The translations under genes were made by a program, and so were the position numbers. A DNA stretch of 64,000 bases, from assembly GCA_963663165.1 (NCBI GenBank), contig OY760175.1, positions 6,368,001-6,432,000 of the forward strand, in the 5' to 3' direction. The stretch comes from an uncultured Desulfospira sp. GTDB taxonomy: Bacteria; Desulfobacterota; Desulfobacteria; Desulfobacterales; Desulfobacteraceae. Below are positions 20,205 through 28,752 of this stretch, in pieces. The notes beneath the pieces are model-generated. The model saw nothing but the letters and a program-made list of their open reading frames with translations. It made no database searches and was not told the DNA's origin. How positions within the stretch are numbered: the first letter of the stretch is position 1; every line of letters begins with the position of its first letter.

Positions 20205-21038
20205 TTAAACCGGACCGGTGTCTTCCTCATTGTCTTCGTCGTCTTCATGGGCCTCGCCGGGATCGGATGATTCCTGGTCCTTCGGGTTTTCGTCCTTTTG
20301 TGTTTCTTCAATGGATTTTCGGCCAAAAATCCGGGCCCCGATAATGCTGATTTCATACAGAATCATCAGGGGGATGGCCATCATGATCTGGGTGATGATA
20401 TCCGGGGGGGTGATAATGGCGGCGCCCACAAAAAAGAGCAGGACGGCGTATTTTCTGTTTTTTTTCAAGAAATCAACACTGACCAGCCCCATTCTGGACA
20501 GAAACGTAAGGACAAGGGGCAGTTCAAAAACAAACCCGAAGGCCAGCAGCATTTTTGATGCAAAGGACAGGTATTCCTTCATGGAGGGCATGGCCTTTAT
20601 GGTGTCTGTGGCAAACCCGAGAAAAAAGGCAAACCCGTAAGGAAACACCACAAAGTACCCGAAGCTGGCACCGAGGACAAAGAAAATAATGGATAAAAGG
20701 ACGATGGGGATCAGGTATTTTTTTTCATTCCGGTAAAGGCCCGGGGAGACAAACATCCAGAACTCGTAAAATAAAACCGGGGTGGCCACAATGATCCCCA
20801 CGAGAAAGGAGACTTTAAGGTAGGTAAAAAAAGCCTCGGGCAGCCCGGTAAAGATCATCTGGGCATTGCCGCTTTCTCCCATGGCCTTGACCAGGGGAAA
20901 AGTTAGAATCTCAAAGAGTTTTTCTTTGAAAAAATAGGCCCCGGCAAATCCGATGCCCACAGCGATAAAGGATCTGACCAGCCGGTCCCGAAGCTCGCTT
21001 AAGTGTTCTGTAAACGGGCTTTTGCTATCATTGTCCAT
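20205..21038 (-). CDS. tatC: Twin-arginine translocase subunit TatC
   Basis: EHLSELRDRL, FVSPGLY, FELP and ITPPD; multiple TM helices. Confidence 0.97.
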   Translation of the reverse strand: MDNDSKSPFTEHLSELRDRLVRSFIAVGIGFAGAYFFKEKLFEILTFPLVKAMGESGNAQMIFTGLPEAFFTYLKVSFLVGIIVATPVLFYEFWMFVSPGLYRNEKKYLIPIVLLSIIFFVLGASFGYFVVFPYGFAFFLGFATDTIKAMPSMKEYLSFASKMLLAFGFVFELPLVLTFLSRMGLVSVDFLKKNRKYAVLLFFVGAAIITPPDIITQIMMAIPLMILYEISIIGARIFGRKSIEETQKDENPKDQESSDPGEAHEDDEDNEEDTGPV

Positions 21039-21079
21039 GAGTTGTCCTGAAAGGCTTGTTCAATATCATTTGGGGGTCG

Positions 21080-21424
21080 TTAAACGGGGGCGTCACCGTC
21101 CTTGTCCGGTTCGGGGCTGTCGGGCTTATCTTCAGCATCCTGAACGGCCGGTTCAGATGTTGAAGACGGGGTGTCAATATCTTTTGGGGTCTCACTGTCC
21201 TTATTGATATCTTTAATGGTTTCCCTGATGCTTTTGGACGGGGGGGGGACATCCTGGACGGTGGACTCAAGATCAATGCTTCGTTTAAGGTCCTGGGCCG
21301 ACCGTTTGAATTCACCCATGGCCCGGCCCAGCGTCTTGGCCACTTCAGGAAGTTTTTTGGGTCCGATGACAATGAGGGCAATGGCCAGAATCATTAAAAT
21401 TTCAGGCATTCCAAGACCAAACAT
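21080..21424 (-). CDS. tatB: Twin-arginine translocase TatA/TatB-family subunit (TatB-like)
   Basis: MFGLGMPEI...IVIGPKKLP; lies upstream of tatC. Confidence 0.8.
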   Translation of the reverse strand: MFGLGMPEILMILAIALIVIGPKKLPEVAKTLGRAMGEFKRSAQDLKRSIDLESTVQDVPPPSKSIRETIKDINKDSETPKDIDTPSSTSEPAVQDAEDKPDSPEPDKDGDAPV

Positions 21425-21496
21425 GGTGACTCCTTTTTAAGGTTCCGCAAAGCGGTATATCAAGCGTTACGGTTTTACACTGAGACCGGTTGAGTG

Positions 21497-22990
21497 TCAA
21501 CCTTGAGAGGTTGTCTTTTCCGGTCTTTTGTACGGTCTTCTCCGGGGCGGGCGCCTTTTGCCGGTGTAGGCTTTTTTTGTCTGTCTTGGGGGGGGATTTT
21601 TCGGGGGCAGCGGGCTTGGTGCGGGCAGGGCCTGCTCAAGGGCGTCCGACGGGTATTCACAGTCAATTTTATGCCCCAGGACTTTTTCAATTTCAGGGAT
21701 TTGAAAAGAGCTGAGCTCATCGGCAAAAGATATGGAGGTGCCGGTGGCGCCGGCCCTTCCGGTACGCCCGATCCGGTGAATATAATGCTCGGGTTCAATG
21801 GGCAGGTCATAGTTAATCACATGGCTGATGTTTTCAATATGAAGCCCCCTGGCCGCCACATCCGTGGCCACCAGGATACTGATCGTGCCGTTTTTAAACC
21901 GCTCCAGCACCTTGAACCGGTTGTCCTGGGACACATCCCCGGAAAGGATGCTGGACTTCAGGCCGTATCGGGCAAATTTGCGGGACAGATAGGTGGTGGT
22001 GTCTTTCCGGTTCACGAAGATGATCACCCGGGTAAGGTTTTCCGTAGTAATCAGATTGTAGACATGTTTGAACTTGTCATCTTCGGTGGTCAGGTAAACA
22101 ATCTGATGAATGGAACCGGCGGCTGCCTGTTCCGGGTCTATCTCAATGGTTACCTTGTCCTCGTTGGTCCAGGAGTCGGCCAGGCGCAGGACCTCGTCGG
22201 TCAGGGTGGCCGAAAAGAAAAGGGTCTGCCGGTTTTTCTTATGGGGGGTCATGTAGACCAGCCGGCGGACATCCGGGATAAACCCCATGTCCAGCATCCG
22301 GTCAGCCTCATCAATCACAACGATTTCGACTTTTGACAGGTCAATGAGCTTTTTGCTGATAAAATCCAGAAGCCGGCCCGGGGTGGCGGCAATAACATCC
22401 ACCTTTGTCCGGGTCAGCAGGCTTTGCTGGCTTTTATATCCGGTCCCGCCGAAAACCGAAACAATTCTGACGTGAGAATACTTGGCAAGCCCCTTAAAAT
22501 CTTTTTCGATCTGGTGGACCAGCTCCCGGGTGGGGGCTAAGATCAATGCCCGGGGCGCCCCGGTGATTTTTTTGCACGGCTTTTCCTGGAACCGTTTGAT
22601 CATGGTGATAATAAAGGTGGCGCTTTTGCCGGTGCCGGTCTGGGCCTTGGCCGTGGCATCTAAGCCGTTGAGGGTATGGGGCAGCAGCTTGCCCTGAATA
22701 TCGGTGCAGTATTCAAAGCCTAAGTCGGCAATGGCATGCATAAGTCCTAAGGGAAGGCCAAGGTCATGAAACCGTGTGGTCCCTTCCTTGGGCGGCACTT
22801 CAAATTTTTCCAGGGTCCAGGGGGGTCTTTTGGGCCTGGCCGGCCTTTGGGGCTTTGGGTCCGGGCCCGAGGGCGAGTGGTCAGGGGAACGGCGTCTGCT
22901 TTGGGAACGGGCTTTTTCCTGCTCCGTGGCAGCGGATTCATCTTGCTTTGGGGCAAACAGGGTCTTGATAAACTGGATTAACTTTTTCAC
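21497..22990 (-). CDS. DEAD-box ATP-dependent RNA helicase (RhlB-like)
   Basis: AQTGTGKS, PTREL, DEAD, SAT and HRIGRTGRAG. Confidence 0.95.
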   Translation of the reverse strand: MKKLIQFIKTLFAPKQDESAATEQEKARSQSRRRSPDHSPSGPDPKPQRPARPKRPPWTLEKFEVPPKEGTTRFHDLGLPLGLMHAIADLGFEYCTDIQGKLLPHTLNGLDATAKAQTGTGKSATFIITMIKRFQEKPCKKITGAPRALILAPTRELVHQIEKDFKGLAKYSHVRIVSVFGGTGYKSQQSLLTRTKVDVIAATPGRLLDFISKKLIDLSKVEIVVIDEADRMLDMGFIPDVRRLVYMTPHKKNRQTLFFSATLTDEVLRLADSWTNEDKVTIEIDPEQAAAGSIHQIVYLTTEDDKFKHVYNLITTENLTRVIIFVNRKDTTTYLSRKFARYGLKSSILSGDVSQDNRFKVLERFKNGTISILVATDVAARGLHIENISHVINYDLPIEPEHYIHRIGRTGRAGATGTSISFADELSSFQIPEIEKVLGHKIDCEYPSDALEQALPAPSPLPPKNPPPRQTKKAYTGKRRPPRRRPYKRPEKTTSQG

Positions 22991-23054
22991 AGGTTTACTC
23001 TTTAAGTTAAGGTATTTCTTTGATCCATGGTTTAGCAGACAGGTTCATATTTGT

Positions 23055-23265
23055 AAACAGGAGACAAGAAACAGGAGACAAGAAACAGGAGACAAGAAAC
23101 AGGAGACAAGAAACAGGAGACAAGAAACAGGAGACAAGAAACAGGAGACAAGAAACAGGAGACAAGAAACAGGAGACAAGAAACAGGAGACAAGAAACAG
23201 GAGACAAGAAACAGGAGACAGGAAACAAGAGACAGGAAACAAGAGACGGGAGACAGGAGACAGGA
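23055..23265. repeat. Tandem repeat (AAACAGGAGACAAG)n: 11 perfect 14-mers plus degenerate heptamers
   Basis: Direct reading; a partly complementary tract (TCTTGTTTCTTGTCTC) follows at about 23301-23330. Confidence 0.97.
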
Positions 23266-23537
23266 GGGAAAACCGAAACATAATTTTAAATTTGCCTCTT
23301 TCTTGTTTCTTGTCTCTATTTTCTTGTCCCTTACCCCTCTAAATAGGCAAAAAACCTTGACTTTCAAGATGATTTTGAGTTAACAAAGATCAGGTATGAT
23401 AAGGAACGCCTAGACGGTAAGGAAATTGGTTTCAATCTTTGCTCCGGCCGCCGGAAAAGAATATGGCCCTCACCAGGGATGGTTTGAAGGACGATTTTAA
23501 TGGGGCGGCCTATACTGGTTTTGAAAGGTAAAATTGA

Positions 23538-23837
23538 ATGCTTATTCTGGCAAATTTTTTTGAGGCAGTTGCAGTGGTTCTGGATTATGCCTTGAGTCTT
23601 TATATGTGGATCATTATCGCGGGGGCCGTCCTGTCATGGGTCAGCCCGGATCCGTATAATCCCATTGTCCGTTTCATCCGCACGGCCACGGAGCCGGTGT
23701 TTTATCAGATCAGAAAACGGCTGCCGGTCAGCTTCGGCGGTATTGATATTTCTCCTGTGATTGTGATCCTGGGGATTGTGTTCCTCCAGACTTTTGTCGT
23801 GAACAGCCTTCACGGGCTTGCAAGATCAATTGGCTAA
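23538..23837 (+). CDS. YggT family membrane protein
   Basis: LSWVSPDPYNPIV, TEPV and GIDISP. Confidence 0.92.
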   Translation: MLILANFFEAVAVVLDYALSLYMWIIIAGAVLSWVSPDPYNPIVRFIRTATEPVFYQIRKRLPVSFGGIDISPVIVILGIVFLQTFVVNSLHGLARSIG

Positions 23838-23861
23838 CCTTAAGTTTCAAGGAGGGTGTGA

Positions 23862-24362
23862 ATGAGCGTTACACCGCTGGTGGTCAGGCAGAAAGAATTT
23901 TCAACTAGATTTCGTGGATTTGATGTTCAGGAAGTGGATGCCTTTCTTGAAGAAGTGGCCAAAGACATGGACAAGCTCGAAAAGACCATTGACCGGCTCA
24001 ACGAGGAAAAGCACCGCCTGGATCTGGAAAATCAGGGCTACCGGAAACGGGAAAATTCCATGAAAAACGCCATGATCCAGTCCCAGAAGGTCATTGACCA
24101 GATGAAGGAAAACGCCAAGAAAACCTCTCAGGCCATGCTCGCCAATGCTGAAGTTGAGGCCGAAAAGATCTTAAGCCGCGCCCATAACCGGCTGTCCCAG
24201 CTTCACAGCGATATTATTGAATTAAAGCGCCAGCGGATTCAGCTTGAAATGCAGATCAGCGCGGTTCTTGAATCCCACCAAAAAATGCTGGAAATGACCA
24301 AAGAAGAAAATAAAGCGGCTGACGAAACCGATTCCACACTCAAATTCATCAGGCACGCATAA
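23862..24362 (+). CDS. DivIVA domain protein
   Basis: KEFSTRFRGFDVQEVDAFL followed by a coiled coil. Confidence 0.92.
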   Translation: MSVTPLVVRQKEFSTRFRGFDVQEVDAFLEEVAKDMDKLEKTIDRLNEEKHRLDLENQGYRKRENSMKNAMIQSQKVIDQMKENAKKTSQAMLANAEVEAEKILSRAHNRLSQLHSDIIELKRQRIQLEMQISAVLESHQKMLEMTKEENKAADETDSTLKFIRHA

Positions 24363-24619
24363 CCCCCGGCAAGGGCAGGGGGCAGGGCGGAAAGCCGCTA
24401 AAACCGTTCAGCCTGATAACTGAATGTGATTATCAACTGTTTTTTTTACGGTAACTTTTGGTAACATATAAATTCAATCTATTGTGGCGGTTTTCGTAAA
24501 CCATACCTATACTTAAAATTTATAATTAACCATGAAAGCCACGGAGGTCGTAGAACCGGCGGCCCTAATCGCCTTCAGTCTAAACACCTTCAGCCTTTCA
24601 AAAACCAATAGGGGGTCCA

Positions 24620-25702
24620 ATGGCTGAGATTGATGCGTTTTTTAAATTAATGAACGAACAGGGGGCATCCGACCTTCACCTGGCATCCGGGCAGAATCCC
24701 GCCCTCAGGCTCAACGGTGAAATTGAGCGGATCAAGTATGACCGGCTGACCAGTGACAAGCTTCGCGGGCTTCTTTACGAAATAACCCCCCAGGAAAAAA
24801 TTAAGGTTTTTGAAGAGACCGGCGACGTGGATTTCGGATATGAAATTCCCGGCCTTGCCCGGTACCGTGCCAACTATTTTATGCAGAAAAACGGCATTTC
24901 AGCGGTATTTCGCGAGATCCCCTCCAATATTCTCACGGCCGAGGATTTAGGCCTGCCGCCGGTGATTTCCAAGCTGGCCAACCTGCCCCGGGGGCTGGTG
25001 CTGGTGACAGGCCCTACGGGATCCGGTAAATCCACCACCCTGGCCGCCATCATTGATGAGGCCAACCAGACCCGGAAAGATCATATCATCACCGTGGAAG
25101 ACCCCATTGAATTTGTTCACCAGAGCCAGAGCTGCATCATCAACCACAGGGAAGTCGGCCTTCATACCCAAAGCTTTTCAGCGGCCCTTCGCGGGGCCCT
25201 GCGTGAGGACCCGGATATCATTCTGGTGGGTGAGCTTCGGGATCTTGAGACCATTTCCCTTGCCATTGAAGCCGCCTCCACCGGCCATCTGGTATTCGGC
25301 ACCCTGCATACCTCAAGCGCAGCCAAAACCGTTGATCGGATCATTGAGGTATTTCCTGCTTCCGAGCAGGCCCAGATCCGTTCCACCCTGGCCGACGGCC
25401 TCAGGGCGGTGGTGGCCCAGGTGCTGTTCAAGCGGGTGGACAAGGGCGGCCGGTGCGCGGCTCTGGAGGTCATGGTGGCCACACCGGCGGTCCGGAACCT
25501 GATCCGGGACTCCAAAACCCATCAGATCCCCTCCATGATCCAGACCGGAAAACAATACGGCATGCAGCTTCTGGATGACTCCATCATGCAGTTGTACAAA
25601 AAAGGATGGATCAGCCCGGATGAGGCATATACCAAGGCCAATAACAAGAGCGCTTTCCGCCCCTTTCTTAAAAATCCTCCGGCGGATTTTACGGAAGCGT
25701 AG
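24620..25702 (+). CDS. pilT: Type IV pilus retraction ATPase
   Basis: ASDLHL, GPTGSGKSTT, LREDPD, GHLVFGTLH and AVRNLIR. Confidence 0.95.
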   Translation: MAEIDAFFKLMNEQGASDLHLASGQNPALRLNGEIERIKYDRLTSDKLRGLLYEITPQEKIKVFEETGDVDFGYEIPGLARYRANYFMQKNGISAVFREIPSNILTAEDLGLPPVISKLANLPRGLVLVTGPTGSGKSTTLAAIIDEANQTRKDHIITVEDPIEFVHQSQSCIINHREVGLHTQSFSAALRGALREDPDIILVGELRDLETISLAIEAASTGHLVFGTLHTSSAAKTVDRIIEVFPASEQAQIRSTLADGLRAVVAQVLFKRVDKGGRCAALEVMVATPAVRNLIRDSKTHQIPSMIQTGKQYGMQLLDDSIMQLYKKGWISPDEAYTKANNKSAFRPFLKNPPADFTEA

Positions 25703-25707
25703 ACTGC

Positions 25708-25751
25708 TGGGCTGGTGGGAAGGTGGGCTGATGGGAAGGTGGGCCGGTGGG
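25708..25751. repeat. Short octamer tandem repeat (TGGGNNGR)
   Basis: TGGGCTGG TGGGAAGG TGGGCTGA TGGGAAGG TGGGCCGG TGGG. Confidence 0.75.
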
Positions 25752-25815
25752 CGTGCCAAAATTGTTGGAGAGAATGATAAAAAAAGCGGGAAACCGCTAA
25801 AATTAGGGGAATTTT

Positions 25816-27003
25816 ATGAAAAAACAGCAGATTGACCATATTCTAACCCAGATGCTGGACTCCCACGGCAATGTGTCCGACCTGAACCTGACCCCTGGAA
25901 AACCCCTTCAGGTGGAAAGTTCAGGACAGCTGGTGCCCGCAGTCATTGAGCCTGATTTTGGGGAACTGACCCCGTTTCAAACGGAAATCTTTGCCCTGAA
26001 CCTGGTCAACAATGACCGGAAACTGACGGAAACCCTGCTCAGGGAGGGCTCCTGTGACCTGTCTTACCAGCTTGGCACAAAGGCCCGTTTCAGGGTGAAT
26101 ATTTTTTCCCGGTCCGGCAAATACTCCATCGTGTTGAGAAAGCTTGAGACCACGGTGCCCACCATCAGGGATTTGAACCTGCCCGCGGCTTTCACATCCA
26201 TGGCCGAGGAAAAGAACGGCATTATCTTTGTGACCGGGGCCACCGGGTCCGGTAAATCTACCTCCCTTGCCGCGCTTTTGGACAGCATCAATGAAACCAA
26301 ATCCGTTCATGTCATCACCCTGGAAGACCCCATCGAATACCAGCATCCCCAGAAAAAGGCGACCTTTAACCAGCGGGAGCTGGGCATGGATTTTGACACC
26401 TTTGCCAGCGGCCTTCGGGCGGCACTTCGCCAGGCCCCCAAGGTGATCCTGGTGGGCGAGATGCGGGATCGGGAAACCGTTGAAATCGGCCTGTCCGCCG
26501 CAGAAACCGGCCATCTGGTCCTGTCCACCCTGCATACGGTGGATGCCGGCCAGACCATCAACCGTGTGCTGGGCATGTTTTCCAATGAAGAGGAAAAGCA
26601 GATCCGGATCCGCCTGGCCGATACGGTCCGGTGGGTGGTGGCCCAGCGGTTGCTGCCCAAGGTCGGCGGCGGAAGGGTGGCGGCCTTTGAAATCATGTCC
26701 ACCAACCTCAGGGTCAAGGATACTATCCTTAACGGGGAGTCTGAAGGCAAAACCTTTAATGAAATTATTTCCGCCGGCAAGGCCCAGCAGATGATAACCT
26801 TTGACGAATTCATCCTTTCCCTGTATGAAGAAGGGAAAATCGAGGAAGCCACGGCCACGGCCTATGCCTCCAGAAAAGATATTGTGGGAAGGGGAATGGA
26901 TGCCATCAAGAGCTCCAGGGGGGAGAAAACAACAAAGATCGAATCTTTGGAAATTGATCATAAATATGGTGAGGACAATCCCCGAAAGGATGACTTTTTT
27001 TAA
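25816..27003 (+). CDS. PilT/PilU family type IV pilus ATPase
   Basis: GATGSGKSTS, TLEDPIE, GEMRD and GHLVLSTLH. Confidence 0.92.
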   Translation: MKKQQIDHILTQMLDSHGNVSDLNLTPGKPLQVESSGQLVPAVIEPDFGELTPFQTEIFALNLVNNDRKLTETLLREGSCDLSYQLGTKARFRVNIFSRSGKYSIVLRKLETTVPTIRDLNLPAAFTSMAEEKNGIIFVTGATGSGKSTSLAALLDSINETKSVHVITLEDPIEYQHPQKKATFNQRELGMDFDTFASGLRAALRQAPKVILVGEMRDRETVEIGLSAAETGHLVLSTLHTVDAGQTINRVLGMFSNEEEKQIRIRLADTVRWVVAQRLLPKVGGGRVAAFEIMSTNLRVKDTILNGESEGKTFNEIISAGKAQQMITFDEFILSLYEEGKIEEATATAYASRKDIVGRGMDAIKSSRGEKTTKIESLEIDHKYGEDNPRKDDFF

Positions 27004-27005
27004 TT

Positions 27006-27151
27006 GGTGTTTGAACGAAAAGTCACCCATCTGCTGCGTTGCAGAAAAATTTGCAATCCTCACAACCCTAATGGTTGCTCCGGTTGCAAATTTTACTGCG
27101 CCTTGCATCTGGGCAACTTTTCGTCCAAACACGGGTTCTCGTTCAGACACT
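27006..27151 (+). mobile_element. 146-bp MITE-like palindromic element, copy B
   Basis: GGTGTTTGAACGAAAAG...CTTTTCGTCCAAACAC-GGG-TTCTCGTTCAGACACT; homologous to 11798-11943. Confidence 0.85.
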
Positions 27152-27157
27152 AAATTA

Positions 27158-27218
27158 TTAGCGATTGGCCGTTAGCTTTTAATTGCGCCAGCCGGCTAAC
27201 CGCTAAAAGCTAACAGCT
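27158..27218. repeat. Heptamer (GCTAAMM) inverted tandem repeat; related copies at 10756-10776 and 61780-61856
   Basis: TTAGCGATTGGCCGTTAGCTTT ... GCTAACCGCTAAAAGCTAACAGCT. Confidence 0.7.
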
Positions 27219-27243
27219 CAAATATATAAGGACACCAGCCGTT

Positions 27244-27870
27244 ATGAACATTACCTGTCCCCATTGCCAGACCAAATTAAGCATACCGGACCATAAATTC
27301 CCCAAAGACCGGGATTCATCCTTTGGCTGCCCCAAATGCTCCGGAAAAATCAAAGTTTCAGGAGGCCAGGTGGTGCCGGGCTCAAACGGAACCGCCGGCC
27401 AGGCCTTAAACAAACCTTCCGGGGCCCCCGTGTCTTCCGGGGCCGGCCAGAAAGCCTTAGTCTGCATGGGCGATGACAAGGCCAGGCAGGCTGTCCTGGA
27501 GGCCTTAAAACAGACGGGATTTTCCCCCGATGTGATGGAGAATGCGGCCCTGGCCCTTCAGGCCTTTGACTTTCATATTTATCCTATGGTCCTCATTGAC
27601 GAAGCCTTTGACCAGGGCAGCGGCCTGAACGCGCTGACCGTGTATATGAACGGGCTTGACATGTCCCTGAGAAGACGGATCTGCGCGGTTCTTTTAAGCG
27701 GAAAGGCGTCCACGGCAGACCATATGGCCGCCATGCATCAAAGTGTCAATTTTATTATCGGCCAGGACGGTCTGGACCGGCTTCCCGAGTTGATCTCAAC
27801 GGCCCGGGCCGACCATGAGAAATTTTATATTGTGTTTAACGAATCCATGAAGGCGGTGGGCAAGGCATAA
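27244..27870 (+). CDS. Zinc-ribbon (MJ0042-like) protein with a degenerate receiver-like domain
   Basis: ITCPHC...GCPKC; alpha/beta C-terminus. Confidence 0.75.
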   Translation: MNITCPHCQTKLSIPDHKFPKDRDSSFGCPKCSGKIKVSGGQVVPGSNGTAGQALNKPSGAPVSSGAGQKALVCMGDDKARQAVLEALKQTGFSPDVMENAALALQAFDFHIYPMVLIDEAFDQGSGLNALTVYMNGLDMSLRRRICAVLLSGKASTADHMAAMHQSVNFIIGQDGLDRLPELISTARADHEKFYIVFNESMKAVGKA

Positions 27871-27876
27871 TTTTAC

Positions 27877-28752
27877 ATGGTCCGACACTGGTATGATCCC
27901 CACAGCTTTCTGGAAGGACTTAAACGCTCAGTCTCCTTTTTCAACCTAGGGATAGTGATTCTCACGGCCTTGTTTGTCTTCAGTGAGTTCCGGTTTGACT
28001 GGTGCGAAAGGCTCCTTGGGGCATATCTTCTGGCCGGCAACGATGCCAGGCAGGAAAAAGGCGCCATCTGGGAGGCCGGAAAAGAATCCCTGGATGCCTA
28101 CAAGTCCCTTTCGGGCATCATCAACCGAAGAGAGAATACCCAGAAAACCATTCGGGAGGCCGATTCATTTACCGGCCTGGTCAACGGCATCGCCCCTGAA
28201 GAATGGGTGACCATTGAAAAGGACGAATTTTTACGCCTGTTTAAGACCCTGCCGTCTTCCAGTGCCCGAAAAATCATTGACCCGGTAAGGCTGATCTGGC
28301 TGCTCAAGGCCGACATGGTGGACCGGGTGTTTTGTGAAGGGGCCCCTGACGAAGTCCAGATTTACTTTATTGATTCCCAGAACCGGGTAGTCCGCCGGAT
28401 TGATCTTGACCGGCAGAACCTGTCCGAGCTTGAAGCGGCCCCCATCCCCAAAGACGGCTCCCTGGAGCAGATGGAATCCTTTCTGGGCCGGATTTATCCG
28501 GCAGACCAGTTTTTCAAGGCCGCCTTTCAGCTTCCCAATGACATGATCACGGATTTGATTTTAGATCCGGATCTGATTCTGGAACAAAAGGGGATGATCC
28601 GCCGGGTGGGCATCTCGAACCAGGCGGAAAACGGGATGATCCGGCTGGGGTTTGAACTTGAAGACCAGGGGAAGACCAAGATTTTGTTTGTCCAGGCCCG
28701 GGAATGGGCCGTGTGGCAGCTGGGCCTTATCTTAAAGGGGGAGATTCAATGA
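27877..28752 (+). CDS. Hypothetical membrane-anchored protein
   Basis: 291-aa ORF with one N-terminal TM segment; ATGA overlap with the PBP gene. Confidence 0.75.
   Translation: MVRHWYDPHSFLEGLKRSVSFFNLGIVILTALFVFSEFRFDWCERLLGAYLLAGNDARQEKGAIWEAGKESLDAYKSLSGIINRRENTQKTIREADSFTGLVNGIAPEEWVTIEKDEFLRLFKTLPSSSARKIIDPVRLIWLLKADMVDRVFCEGAPDEVQIYFIDSQNRVVRRIDLDRQNLSELEAAPIPKDGSLEQMESFLGRIYPADQFFKAAFQLPNDMITDLILDPDLILEQKGMIRRVGISNQAENGMIRLGFELEDQGKTKILFVQAREWAVWQLGLILKGEIQ

Noticed and set aside
22776..23367. Repetitive ORFs (RRQETGDKKQET / VSCFLSP) and a possible CRISPR reading of the array
   Set aside because: These are translations of a 14-bp tandem repeat; there are no unique spacers and no cas genes.
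25921..27150. 409-aa minus-strand ORF whose N-terminus resembles ORFs near 11.7-12.0 kb
   Set aside because: The similarity comes from the shared MITE; the rest is antisense to the PilT-family gene.
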